Positions 1-9,628 of a stretch of DNA of 64,000 nt are shown here, one piece after another. Under the pieces are notes generated by a model. The model had not been told where the DNA came from. It did not search any database and saw nothing but the letters and a program-made list of their open reading frames with translations. Source of the DNA: Candidatus Nomurabacteria bacterium (GTDB lineage Bacteria; Patescibacteriota; Saccharimonadia; JAGOAT01); NCBI GenBank assembly GCA_020639315.1, contig JACKGM010000002.1:222321-286320 (forward strand), written 5' to 3'. How positions within the stretch are numbered: the first letter of the stretch is position 1; every line of letters starts with the position of its first letter. A program made the position numbers and the translations under genes.

Positions 1-1
1 A

Positions 2-142
2 TTCAATAAAAAGGTTTTTAAGCTGGCCCCCTTGCATCATCACTTTGAAGCAGTTGGTTGGCCAGAGACCAAGGTGACTATGCGTTTTTGGATTATCGGT
101 GCTATTAGTGCAATGCTGGGAATTATTTTGAGTTTGATCTAA
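2..142 (+). CDS. mraY: MraY (phospho-N-acetylmuramoyl-pentapeptide transferase), C-terminal fragment; gene starts upstream of window
   Basis: Frame 2 reads ...[40 protein letters not shown], the conserved MraY C-terminus (PLHHHFE). It lies directly upstream of ftsW as in dcw clusters. Confidence 0.8.
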   Translation, partial: FNKKVFKLAPLHHHFEAVGWPETKVTMRFWIIGAISAMLGIILSLI

Positions 143-144
143 TC

Positions 145-1260
145 ATGATCCAGTCCACTAACAAATCTCGAATTGTTCGCCATAAACCTGACTACTTGAT
201 TGCCATTCTTGCCTTTGTCTTGACTGCTATCGGACTAGTTGTGATCTATTCGATTGGTTCGAGCATTAGATTCAATTTAACAAATGGTCAAGACCAAGCC
301 AATATCTACTTTAAGCAACAAGTAATAAGTCTCCTGATTGGGCTCACTGGGCTGTTGGTAGCTAGTCAGATTAACTATAAATATTATAAGAAATTTGCAA
401 TCCCTATCCTAATAATCGGGATTATCCTGATCTCACTACTTTTAGTCGAAGGAATCGCCCAAAATGTCAATGGAGCTACCAGATGGCTATCTATAGGACC
501 AGTGAACTTCCAGCCGACTGAATTATTCAAGCTAGCAATTATCATTTACTTGGCCAGGCAGCTTTCCAAAAACCCCGATCAAAAGACTCAAATCACTCTA
601 GTCAGTATTATCCTAGTATTCTTATTAGTCACCTTACTCCAAAGAGATCTAGGAAGTAGTATTATCTTGATTCTAGAGATTCTAAGCATCTACTGGATAA
701 GTGGTGCGAAATTTCGGGAAGTCAGCTTGATCATTGGCGTTTTATTAGCTGGAACAGTCCTAATGATTGCAATTGAACCATTTAGGCTTCGTCGTGTCCT
801 AACTTTTTTAGGAGAAAGTACTGACCCTAGTGGAGCAGGGTACCATATTCAGCAAGCCTTAATAGCCCTTGGTTCTGGCAGTATCACTGGTCGAGGTCTG
901 GGTAATAGCATCCAAATCTTTGGCTACTTGCCAGAAGCCCATACCGATTCAATCTTTGCGGTGATTGGAGAGCAGTTGGGGTTGATCGGTTCACTAGTAA
1001 TTGGGTCGATCTTTATCTTTCTAATCCTTAGGTCTACTAGACTGATCAATAAAGCACCAGATGACTTTGCAAGATTCATGGTGATCGGGATTGTATCCTG
1101 GATTGCTTTTCAGACCCTGATGAATATCGGAGCAATGGTCGGATTGGTTCCTTTGACCGGGATACCTTTGCCCTTTATTAGCTATGGTGGGAGTAACCTG
1201 ATTGTCAACCTGGTGGCAATCGGCATCCTGCTCAATATTTCAAAATATACCAAGGCATGA
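145..1260 (+). CDS. ftsW: SEDS-family cell division protein FtsW
   Basis: Polytopic membrane protein with SEDS motifs (PEAHTDSIFAVIGEQLG, PLPFISYGGSN); dcw context after mraY. Confidence 0.85.
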   Translation: MIQSTNKSRIVRHKPDYLIAILAFVLTAIGLVVIYSIGSSIRFNLTNGQDQANIYFKQQVISLLIGLTGLLVASQINYKYYKKFAIPILIIGIILISLLLVEGIAQNVNGATRWLSIGPVNFQPTELFKLAIIIYLARQLSKNPDQKTQITLVSIILVFLLVTLLQRDLGSSIILILEILSIYWISGAKFREVSLIIGVLLAGTVLMIAIEPFRLRRVLTFLGESTDPSGAGYHIQQALIALGSGSITGRGLGNSIQIFGYLPEAHTDSIFAVIGEQLGLIGSLVIGSIFIFLILRSTRLINKAPDDFARFMVIGIVSWIAFQTLMNIGAMVGLVPLTGIPLPFISYGGSNLIVNLVAIGILLNISKYTKA

Positions 1261-2063
1261 AACGCTACCAAAGAACAGTCAAGCACCAGTCTAGTAACTA
1301 TCGTAAGAATAATATTTCTATTAAAAAAACCCACAAATCCCGCAAAACAGGAATCAACAGATATATAATGATCAGTGTTTCTTGTCTTATAATGATCGGA
1401 TTTGCTTATCAGCTACTCAAGATTAAGCAATTCAAGCTTGAGCAACCAAATCTAGCAATCACCGAAACCGACTTAAATAAACTTATAGACCAAAATTACA
1501 ATTTTATCAACGGCAATATCCTGACTTTTAGCTGCCTTAAGCTTTCTAATCTACTCAATACTAAATATCCCATCTACTCAAATGCGGAATGCAAAAAAGA
1601 CTATAAGAAACAGACCATAACAATAAGCCTAAAAGAGAATCCAACCGAGCTAATCTGGACAAGTGGTGGTCAAAGCTTTGGTCTCGACTCAAATGGAAGA
1701 GCGATTGGTCAAGTCCAAACAAAAACCGAACTTAATAACATAGTTGAGGTATTTGATAAAACCAACTTACCAATCACAACTGGGCAAAAAGTCACCACCG
1801 ATCAATTTATTAGCTTTGTCCAAAAGTTATACCAGGCTGATCAAACCCAAATTGATTTTATCAATTTTGAAAAATACAATATAGAAGAAAGTATCGAAGA
1901 ATTAATCATAGAAACTGACCAAGGCATAGAAATTCGTTTTAATAGCTCACGCAGTGCAGAAGTACAAATAGAAAACTTACTTAAAGTATTGAGGGAACGA
2001 CCAATCACTCAAATCAAGCAATATATTGATCTAAGAATTCCCAATAGAGTATATTACTACTAA
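1257..2063 (+). CDS. FtsQ/DivIB-like cell division protein (assigned by position and topology)
   Basis: 4-nt ATGA overlap with ftsW, basic N-terminus, single TM helix (ISVSCLIMIGFAYQLL), extracytoplasmic domain. No strong motif recognised. Confidence 0.45.
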   Translation: MKRYQRTVKHQSSNYRKNNISIKKTHKSRKTGINRYIMISVSCLIMIGFAYQLLKIKQFKLEQPNLAITETDLNKLIDQNYNFINGNILTFSCLKLSNLLNTKYPIYSNAECKKDYKKQTITISLKENPTELIWTSGGQSFGLDSNGRAIGQVQTKTELNNIVEVFDKTNLPITTGQKVTTDQFISFVQKLYQADQTQIDFINFEKYNIEESIEELIIETDQGIEIRFNSSRSAEVQIENLLKVLRERPITQIKQYIDLRIPNRVYYY

Positions 2064-2085
2064 CCTAACCTAAGATATTGCTTAT

Positions 2086-2161
2086 GTCGCACAATGTATA
2101 TTTTGCGACTAATTAGCAAGTTTTCCACAGGGTAGATACCTTTTTATCATTTGGTATCTAC
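2086..2161. terminator. Two hairpins between convergent genes (GTCGCA..TGCGAC; GTAGATACC-12nt-GGTATCTAC)
   Basis: Inverted repeats read directly at 2086-2109 and 2132-2161 between the ftsQ-like stop and the stop of the 857-aa gene. Confidence 0.4.
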
Positions 2162-2189
2162 TCTTAAGCAAAACTACCTAGACTAAAGC

Positions 2190-4763
2190 TTACCTCCCAG
2201 AATATCTCTTGGGTTCAGGAATTTTGGCTGAATTTGCCCCGATCGATTGGCTAAAGGCATTTTGTCTGTTAATTGTTTTTTGAGCTTGGTTTTGCTTGGA
2301 GTTACCATGCTTCCTTTCGAGCATCCCTTGTAAGGAATTATTCTCCGACCTCACAGTGTTGGCTAGATTAGCCCAATCGAGAATTTTATTCTCTACTTCT
2401 TCTCTTCTACTCGAATACCTTTGTCTTGACAAACTTATTATTTTATTGCTTAAATCAAAACTTGGAGCTGGTACATCCAAAGTCTTCGCACTAAAAGGGA
2501 GGGTTGTCTGACCATCAATACTCATTGCTATATAAATATTTCTGATATCTAGATTGACTAGGTCCTCTTCACTAAAAACTGGTTTAAAGTACTTACTCAG
2601 ATACTCAGCATCATCGGCCCCGACCCTAAAAGTGATCATTGAGCCAACATTGCCAAATACTGCATCTCTGACTTCGTCTCGCATCTGAGAGACATACTGA
2701 TTGGCAACAGTCAGGTTTAGGGCATATTTTCTAGCTTCTGAGAGAATAACTGCAAACGACTCAGTAGCAAAATTTTGGAACTCGTCGACATAGAGATAAA
2801 ATGGTCGCCGATTGGCTGGTAAGGTATCCGCCCGACTCATTGCTGCTAATTGGATCTTAGTAATCATTAAAGCACCCAGAATACTAGCGTTATCTTCACC
2901 AATCAAACCCCTAGAAAGATCTACGATCAAGATCTTGCCTTGATCCATAATCTGACGAATATCAAAGCTGGACTTGGGCTGACCCAGCACATTTCTAATC
3001 AGTGGGTTGGCAGTAAAGGCTCCTACCTTATTTAAGATCGAAGAAGTAGCCTCAGAAGCAAATCTCTGATCCCAGCTCGCAAATTCATTGACCCAAAAGG
3101 CTTTGACTACTGGATCAGTCACATTATCAACCACTTTTTTTCGATACTTACTGTCAGTCAACATCCTGACTATTCCTAGCATCGTTGCGTCAGGATATTC
3201 AAGCAAAGCAAGCAGACAATATCGCAAAATATGCTCGAGTCTTGGACCCCAAGAATCAGCAAATATCTTATGTAATACCCCAATAATCTCTGAGGCTATA
3301 TGGGGTCTGAAGTTCGGATTTGTCACTTCCATAGGATTAAATGCAACTGGATTATCTCGATCGGATGGATTGAAATATACTACATCAGCAAGCCTTTGCT
3401 CAGGAATATAGCTCATCACATCTCTAGCCAGTTCCCCATGAGGGTCAATGATCGCAAAACCTTGATTGTGATAGATGTCAGAGATTGCCAGAAGGGTCAA
3501 AAGATAGGACTTACCAGACCCACTCTTCCCTATCACATAGAGGTGCCTTGCCCGATCAGACCTCTTAATCCCAAATTTTGCATTGTGTTGCCTAAACATT
3601 GTCTGACCGATCAGGCTAATATCAGCTTGATCAGCTTGGCTAACTATCGGCAAGGTTTGAGGCGGTTCAGCTTGCTTACTACCAGTCCAGGCAAGATTTG
3701 GTGTCTCGACCGAAGTATGTGGGAAATGAAAGAGACTAGCTAATTCTTCGGTATTTAGAATAAAACTATACCTAGTATCAAAGACTCGATTTTTAAAATC
3801 TTGATAATACTGCTCTCCTCTTTTGGTAGAACCAGCTCTAAACCCATTGAGCTGGGTGTTAAACTGTTTGAAACTTCCATATACTGCTTGAAGTTTAGCT
3901 TGAGCAAGGGATTGATCTCCGATATAAATTACCCTGATCATCACCTGAAAACCTAGCTTGGTTGCCTTCTCTTCTATCCCAGCGACCTGGCTAGTAGCCA
4001 GACTACTCAGCTTATCTGACTTATGTGACTCTTCAATCGAAACTGGACCAACCAATAAGGCATGAAACAAATCCCTAACCCAAGCCATTAGACCTGCTGG
4101 CAGATTTGCAAAACTACTGATCAAGGGTTTACCTGATCTGACCTTGGCAATCTCTTTTTGACTATCCTTGTGCCAATCATCAGATATTGGTCGTACAATC
4201 ATCTGGATTGCTAGATTTTGATCAGATTCTAAGCTAGATAAGACAGCCGTAATTCCCGATAATGGATCAACCTCAAAATTACTAAAAGTCTTAATCGGCA
4301 AATATTGACTATTTTTTAGCACTATCTCACTACCGATCGCCTTACCCTTCATCCCTTCTAAGTAGTCTGTCTGATGTTTAATTATCTGGACATTTGGATA
4401 CTGCGCATAGATTTGACCCTCGACATAGTTTTCCAATTTTTCAGGACAACGCAGATAAAAATAAATATTTTTAGACCCTACCAACTCGAAACTAAGTGAC
4501 TCCTGAAGTGCCATCCCTGATCTTAGCTCAGTCTTGCTTCTGAGTATCCCATGTAGACTGGCAAACATCTGCTCAGCAGCCAACTCTGATTTGTCGTTCT
4601 CCCTTGGTATAATAATTTGCAATAAAACAGACTTCTGATCCTCGACCAGTCTAATCTGACGGTTCTGGACTATGATCCGCCAAACCAAAAACCCAGCCAA
4701 AGGCAACCAGCCATAATAACGGATTAAAACGGTTAAAAAAAAGTTGAATATACCCTCAATCAT
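2190..4763 (-). CDS. VirD4/TraG/HerA-FtsK-superfamily membrane-anchored ATPase (type IV coupling-protein-like)
   Basis: N-terminal TM helices, Walker A GKSGSGKSYLL, Walker B FYLYVDEFQNF. Size and layout are typical of coupling ATPases. Confidence 0.65.
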   Translation of the reverse strand: MIEGIFNFFLTVLIRYYGWLPLAGFLVWRIIVQNRQIRLVEDQKSVLLQIIIPRENDKSELAAEQMFASLHGILRSKTELRSGMALQESLSFELVGSKNIYFYLRCPEKLENYVEGQIYAQYPNVQIIKHQTDYLEGMKGKAIGSEIVLKNSQYLPIKTFSNFEVDPLSGITAVLSSLESDQNLAIQMIVRPISDDWHKDSQKEIAKVRSGKPLISSFANLPAGLMAWVRDLFHALLVGPVSIEESHKSDKLSSLATSQVAGIEEKATKLGFQVMIRVIYIGDQSLAQAKLQAVYGSFKQFNTQLNGFRAGSTKRGEQYYQDFKNRVFDTRYSFILNTEELASLFHFPHTSVETPNLAWTGSKQAEPPQTLPIVSQADQADISLIGQTMFRQHNAKFGIKRSDRARHLYVIGKSGSGKSYLLTLLAISDIYHNQGFAIIDPHGELARDVMSYIPEQRLADVVYFNPSDRDNPVAFNPMEVTNPNFRPHIASEIIGVLHKIFADSWGPRLEHILRYCLLALLEYPDATMLGIVRMLTDSKYRKKVVDNVTDPVVKAFWVNEFASWDQRFASEATSSILNKVGAFTANPLIRNVLGQPKSSFDIRQIMDQGKILIVDLSRGLIGEDNASILGALMITKIQLAAMSRADTLPANRRPFYLYVDEFQNFATESFAVILSEARKYALNLTVANQYVSQMRDEVRDAVFGNVGSMITFRVGADDAEYLSKYFKPVFSEEDLVNLDIRNIYIAMSIDGQTTLPFSAKTLDVPAPSFDLSNKIISLSRQRYSSRREEVENKILDWANLANTVRSENNSLQGMLERKHGNSKQNQAQKTINRQNAFSQSIGANSAKIPEPKRYSGR

Positions 4764-4798
4764 TAGCCTACTCCTCCTAAAACTGCAAAATCCTTGCC

Positions 4799-5815
4799 CT
4801 AGGCTAGTTGATAATAATCATCGGGTAATCGCTTGAAGTCCTTATTGTTTTGAAGGTTGAGTGAGACAGTAGAAGCTTTAACTTTTCTAACAGCCAATAC
4901 TTGTTTGACAATCTCTGCCTTCTTATGTGGTTTACCGTCAGCCAAGATTTGCCTAATCACATCTGCTACTGTTCCAGATTTGTATCCCCACTCGGCCAAA
5001 GCATAAATACCTCGACCGATCAAAATAAACCGTTTGTCTTTTATCAGCTCATTATGAACAGCCTGAGTAGTGACTGTCTTATTATTGCCAATACCTTGAA
5101 TTCTTTTGGCAATATCTGAAAAATGCAATGGTTTTTGAGCTTTTTTGAGAGCAATATACATCCTATCTCGGATTGACCTTGGGTTGACACTAGGCCAAAT
5201 ATGAAGACCCCAGAGATTGTCTAATTCCCTAATCATCCTTGAGCTACTAGCAAGGTGCTCAATTGTCTTATCATGGTGCTTACCTTCAAGTTCTGACAAC
5301 AACTTTTCGAGCTTAACTGGTTTGTTATAAGTTTTTAAGATCCTGATTAGACTATCATGTAAGTCAATGATATCTTCTGCGCAATAAACTTTTTTGTCCA
5401 ACACTATACATTCGTATAAATCATGCTTATCTATCAGGATAAATTCTGGATTGGTTTCAAGTAAAAACTTAAGATTTTGAATATCTTGCTCATCAAGCTT
5501 CAATCGTTCTAGCAAGGCATCAAATGCGATAAGACCCCCTGTCTCTTGCAACAATGTAATCACTTCTTCTGAGAGTTGATGCCTATGATCATGGAGGGTT
5601 TTTAGTCTCTTGGTTGCTGCTTTTTCTATTTGCCTGACCCGTTCCCTAGTCACCCCAAGCTGCTGCCCAATCTGCTCTAAAGTATGGTTATCATTACCAA
5701 GGATTGCGAATCTTCGAGAAATTATATCCTTGTCTCGATCTTTTTTAAGAATCGAAAGATACTCTTTGACTAAATCTGCTAGGCTACTACTATTGATCGT
5801 ATTTACTTTACTCAT
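4799..5815 (-). CDS. Sigma-70 region-4-like HTH protein with C-terminal HARE-HTH-like domain
   Basis: LEQIGQQLGVTRERVRQIEKAATKRLK matches sigma region 4.2. The C-terminal part (HFSDIAKRI...FILIGRGIYALAEWGY) resembles HARE-HTH (RNAP delta-like). Confidence 0.5.
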   Translation of the reverse strand: MSKVNTINSSSLADLVKEYLSILKKDRDKDIISRRFAILGNDNHTLEQIGQQLGVTRERVRQIEKAATKRLKTLHDHRHQLSEEVITLLQETGGLIAFDALLERLKLDEQDIQNLKFLLETNPEFILIDKHDLYECIVLDKKVYCAEDIIDLHDSLIRILKTYNKPVKLEKLLSELEGKHHDKTIEHLASSSRMIRELDNLWGLHIWPSVNPRSIRDRMYIALKKAQKPLHFSDIAKRIQGIGNNKTVTTQAVHNELIKDKRFILIGRGIYALAEWGYKSGTVADVIRQILADGKPHKKAEIVKQVLAVRKVKASTVSLNLQNNKDFKRLPDDYYQLA

Positions 5816-5869
5816 AATATAATGCTACATCTATATTTTAGACTATTAATCAAAATAAATCAATGTAAT

Positions 5870-7849
5870 TTAGCTATTTTTTATAAGATTTTGCTCCGGA
5901 ATATCTTGCTTTTTCCAAACTGCATACTTACAATCCGGGTAGCGCTCACAACTATAAAATACCTTGCCTCGCTTGGTACGCTTCTCGACCACTTCTCCTT
6001 GCTCACAATCAGGACATTTTGCGACCGCAGTCTTGACCGAACGCTTGTACTTACACTCTGGGAAATTGGAACAGGCGATAAACTGCCCGTAGCGAGATTC
6101 TCTCATCAGGAGCTGACTTTTGCACTCCGGGCACTGTTCATCAAGCTCTTGTTTGGGTGCTTGATAGCGTGGGATATCCTCAAGCTTTTCATTCAGGGTC
6201 TTATGCATAGGGTCATAGGTCATCTCTACTACTTGGTACCAGATTCGCTTACCATCAGCTACTTGATCCAGCTCTGATTCCATATTGGCCGTAAAACTAG
6301 GGTCTACTACAAAATCAAAATTATCAGTCAACAGCTCAGTCACTGGAAAAGCTAACAGGTTGGGCTTTAGTCTACCTTCTTCTTTTTGCGCATAGCGAAG
6401 TAGTAAGGTAGAAATAATACTCGCATAAGTCGAAGGCCGACCGACCCCCAAACTTTCAAGCTCTTTGATCAAGGTAGCTTCACTATATCGAGCAGGCGGC
6501 TTGGTAAACTTCTGTTCCATCTCAAGATTTTTTAGTTCCAAACTATCCTTGATTTGTACTGCTGATAGATCGAGAAACTTTCCCTTGTCGACTTCAAATA
6601 TTGCCTCAAATCCTGGATAAGTCCTAATTCTAGCCTCTGAAACCAACTGATAAGTATTGCCCAATTTGGCCTTCGCTTCAATCAATAGTTTAAACTTTTG
6701 ATACCTGCTGGGCTCCATTCTACTAGCAATCGCTCGATTACGAATTAGGTCATAAAGTTTGACTGCCTTAGCATCAAAACCATCCAAGCTTTCTGGTATA
6801 CGGTTAACATCACTAGCCCTAATCGCCTCGTGAGCCTCTTGAGCACCCTTGGTCTTAGTCTTGAATTGACCTCGTTTTTTATCAAATCTTAGGCCTTGCT
6901 GATCAAGATATTGTTCAATTGCCCTCACAGCATCCTGACTAATGCTCGTACTATCCGTACGCATGTAAGTGATATGTCCAGCTTCGTAAAGTCTCTGAGC
7001 AAGCATCATCGTCTGCTTACTACTCAGTCCAAGTAGTCTGGAGGCGTCTTGTTGTAGTGTGGAGGTCTTATAAGGGGGTAAGGGCTTTTTGGTAGTCTCA
7101 GAAATCTTATTTTCTTTAATACTATACTGACTTTCAAGCAGCTCTTGCTTGGATTGATTGGCCTGTTCGCCATTAGACAAATACTTTTGATCAGGATCAG
7201 TTAACTTTGCCTTCAACCCCTTAATCAATTGATGATCTAGCTCTGCTTCAATCGTCCAATACTCCTCTGGCTTGTGAGCAATGATCTCTTTTTCCCGATC
7301 CACTATTATCTTGAGGGCAACTGATTGAACCCTACCAGCTGACAATCCAGTCCCTACCTTGCGCCAAAGGACTGGTGATAAGCTATACCCTACCAACTTA
7401 TCTAGTACTCTTCTCGCCTGTTGAGCATAGACCAGATCCATATCAATTTGACGCGGGTTTTGCATTGCATTTTTGATTGCCGTAGAAGTAATTTCAGCAA
7501 AAGTAATCCGTTTAATCTTAATCTTATCTCTAGTTTTTTTAGGAATAAGCTCAGCTATATGCCAAGCAATCGCCTCCCCTTCACGATCGAGATCAGTCGC
7601 TAGTACTACTTCCTCGGCGTCTTTTAAAGCCGCCTTGAGCTCTCGAACCTTCTTGGACTTATCTTTGGGTATAATATATTCAGGTTCAAAATGGTTTTCG
7701 ATGTCTATCCCCATCTTATTTTTTGGAAGATCCCTGACATGGCCAAAACTTGCTACTACTTGATACTGATAGTCTAAAATTTTTGTAATTGTTTTGGCCT
7801 TAGCAGGTGACTCGACGACTACGACTTTTTTTGCACTCATAGACTTCAT
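5870..7849 (-). CDS. topA: DNA topoisomerase I
   Basis: Toprim VVVESPAKAKTI, LATDLDREGE, active-site region ITYMRTDS, C-terminal Cys4 zinc ribbons. Start set at the ATG preceded by AAGGGG, so the ORF-track start at 7882 is probably too long. Confidence 0.95.
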   Translation of the reverse strand: MKSMSAKKVVVVESPAKAKTITKILDYQYQVVASFGHVRDLPKNKMGIDIENHFEPEYIIPKDKSKKVRELKAALKDAEEVVLATDLDREGEAIAWHIAELIPKKTRDKIKIKRITFAEITSTAIKNAMQNPRQIDMDLVYAQQARRVLDKLVGYSLSPVLWRKVGTGLSAGRVQSVALKIIVDREKEIIAHKPEEYWTIEAELDHQLIKGLKAKLTDPDQKYLSNGEQANQSKQELLESQYSIKENKISETTKKPLPPYKTSTLQQDASRLLGLSSKQTMMLAQRLYEAGHITYMRTDSTSISQDAVRAIEQYLDQQGLRFDKKRGQFKTKTKGAQEAHEAIRASDVNRIPESLDGFDAKAVKLYDLIRNRAIASRMEPSRYQKFKLLIEAKAKLGNTYQLVSEARIRTYPGFEAIFEVDKGKFLDLSAVQIKDSLELKNLEMEQKFTKPPARYSEATLIKELESLGVGRPSTYASIISTLLLRYAQKEEGRLKPNLLAFPVTELLTDNFDFVVDPSFTANMESELDQVADGKRIWYQVVEMTYDPMHKTLNEKLEDIPRYQAPKQELDEQCPECKSQLLMRESRYGQFIACSNFPECKYKRSVKTAVAKCPDCEQGEVVEKRTKRGKVFYSCERYPDCKYAVWKKQDIPEQNLIKNS

Positions 7850-7863
7850 ACTACCCCTTAGAC

Positions 7864-8718
7864 TCAAACTTGTAAACTCCAAATCCCAGTTTTTGTCTTT
7901 CTTACTAGGCCTTTTAGTTCTAGTCCTACCAGTAACTTTGCCGTATCGCGTGGGTCTAAATCAAGTGACTTTACTATCTTGTCCTGATCTCCGACACCTG
8001 AACTAACTAGTTCTAGTATGGCTTGGCTTAGCTGATCCAATTCTTGCCCAATCAAAAGCTTAGGTTGACCACTAGATAGACCCAACTCTTCCAAGACATC
8101 GTCGACCGAACGAATTAGCGTCGCCCCCTGTCTAATCAGGGTATTAGTGCCCTCTGAAGCTTTACTATTAATAGACCCTGGTACGGCATAGACCGTCTTG
8201 CCTAGATCTAAAGCTGCGTTAACGGTCAAGAAAGTACCACTCTTGACTCCCGCTTCGATTACAATCACCACCTCGGCCAGGGCCGCAATCAAGCGGTTGC
8301 GCATCGGGAAATGCCAAGCCAAAGCTTTCTCATCTGCTGGATACTCTGAGATAAGCCCTCCCCCCTCTTGAAAGATTCTCTGAGCTAAACCTTTATTTGA
8401 ACTTGGATATATCTGGTCAAGCCCAGATCCAAGTACGGCCAAGGTATAGCCTGACAACCCGAGAGCTGCTTTTTGGCTAATCATATCAATCCCGTACGCC
8501 AACCCACTGACCACCCCAAGTCCAGACCGAACCAGACCTTGGGCGATCTGGACTGATACAGCAACTCCATAATGGCTAGGCTTTCTAGTACCAATCATCG
8601 CCACCAGCCTAATATCTTGTCTTAGCCTCCCTTTGAGATAAATTGCTTCTGGAGGATTATAGAGCCGCCTAAATCCTTCTGGATAGAGTGAGTGCGCTTG
8701 TGTCACTCGTTTAATCAT
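7864..8718 (-). CDS. dprA: DNA processing protein DprA/Smf
   Basis: GLAYGIDMISQKAAL, GSGLDQIYP, C-terminal winged-helix-like tail. Confidence 0.9.
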   Translation of the reverse strand: MIKRVTQAHSLYPEGFRRLYNPPEAIYLKGRLRQDIRLVAMIGTRKPSHYGVAVSVQIAQGLVRSGLGVVSGLAYGIDMISQKAALGLSGYTLAVLGSGLDQIYPSSNKGLAQRIFQEGGGLISEYPADEKALAWHFPMRNRLIAALAEVVIVIEAGVKSGTFLTVNAALDLGKTVYAVPGSINSKASEGTNTLIRQGATLIRSVDDVLEELGLSSGQPKLLIGQELDQLSQAILELVSSGVGDQDKIVKSLDLDPRDTAKLLVGLELKGLVRKTKTGIWSLQV

Positions 8719-8770
8719 TACTTGACATCATTATAAACTATCATCAGCCCAAAATCAAAACTTCCCTTTT

Positions 8771-8830
8771 CAAGGGCACCCCTTGCAATTTTATATCTGT
8801 TGACATAGTGATTTTCAAGGGCACCCCTTG
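8771..8830. repeat. Palindrome doublet, family 1 (arm CAAGGGCACCCCTTG x2, 30-nt spacer)
   Basis: Arms at 8771-8785 and 8816-8830, centres 45 bp apart. The same element occurs at 25983-26042 and 50501-50560. Confidence 0.9.
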
Positions 8831-8858
8831 AAAATCACTTATTTAAATACCAAAATAC

Positions 8859-8887
8859 TTGACATTTCAGTGCGAGTGTGTTAGAGT
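8859..8887 (+). promoter_or_regulatory. Near-consensus sigma-70-type promoter (TTGACA-17 nt-TAGAGT) with no downstream + strand CDS
   Basis: TTGACA at 8859-8864, 17-nt spacer, TAGAGT at 8882-8887, read directly. Confidence 0.5.
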
Positions 8888-8889
8888 GT

Positions 8890-9066
8890 ATTACTGTAAT
8901 CTGCTGGTAAGCCCTAGATCTACCCTCCACTAGGATTGCTAGCAGATTTAGCCCTCATGAGCTTTCGCGACTATCTATGATAAGACGAGTCGAAAAACCC
9001 AACCCGGACTTTGGTCTATGAGGTGGGAAAGTTTGTGAGGCGAAATCAGTTAAGAAGTTTATTCTT
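8890..9066 (+). ncRNA. Candidate small structured RNA of unknown class
   Basis: Gene-less segment downstream of the promoter. ~20-bp helix AATCTGCTGGTAAGCCCTAG/CTAGGATTGCTAGCAGATT with G.U-compatible mismatches only on the + strand; further stems CCTCAT/ATGAGG and CGACT/AGTCG; weak hairpin TAAGAA/TTCTTA at the end. Confidence 0.35.
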
Positions 9067-9601
9067 AGTTGATTTTGCCAACCACCCTCTGAACTAAATC
9101 GACTGGATCTGAGTCATAAATATTATTCGTACTATCGTATCCTGCATGGTCAATAATCGCCTCGACATGGTCAATAATCCCCTTACTACCCGACAATATC
9201 CCCAGAGGCTTATGATGACCGACTGCAATAGCAATCTCCTCAAGCGTCCCGATTCGCCCACTAATCGCTATCACCGCATCAGCAGAAAATATCAAAGGCA
9301 AGCTTCTGACAAAATATCCTCCACTGTTAAAACAGACAGCATCGTACTTATCTACCTCATCTCCAAATTTTTCGAGATGAGTTTTGTAGCTGTCCATTGG
9401 GGAAAACCCCATAGCGACTTGGCCACCATGATCCCTAAATCCTTTGAGCACTGCGCTTAAAACTCCCTCACCAATACCAGTCAATAGTACTCCTCCTATC
9501 TTGGCAATCTCCTGACCGACAATTTCAGCCTGTCTTAAAGAAGCAGACTTATCATCTTCGGCCACACTACCTATCACTGCTATTTGATAACTCTTACGCA
9601 T
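9065..9601 (-). CDS. TIGR00725/LOG-like Rossmann-fold protein
   Basis: IAVIGS...LLTGIGEGV...AVIAISGRIGTLEEIAIA pattern typical of the LOG/DprA-related family. Confidence 0.55.
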   Translation of the reverse strand: MRKSYQIAVIGSVAEDDKSASLRQAEIVGQEIAKIGGVLLTGIGEGVLSAVLKGFRDHGGQVAMGFSPMDSYKTHLEKFGDEVDKYDAVCFNSGGYFVRSLPLIFSADAVIAISGRIGTLEEIAIAVGHHKPLGILSGSKGIIDHVEAIIDHAGYDSTNNIYDSDPVDLVQRVVGKIN

Positions 9602-9628
9602 TTTTCTCCTTTTATATTTATTTGGTTG

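Noticed and set aside
8771-8830. Doublets as ordinary rho-independent terminators
   Set aside because: Family-1 and family-3 hairpins lack a downstream T-run on the strand of the flanking genes. Only the first family-2 arm is followed by T5, and on the + strand, while most flanking genes are on the minus strand. The fixed 45-bp pairing and shared spacer core are not explained by termination alone. A secondary terminator role cannot be excluded.
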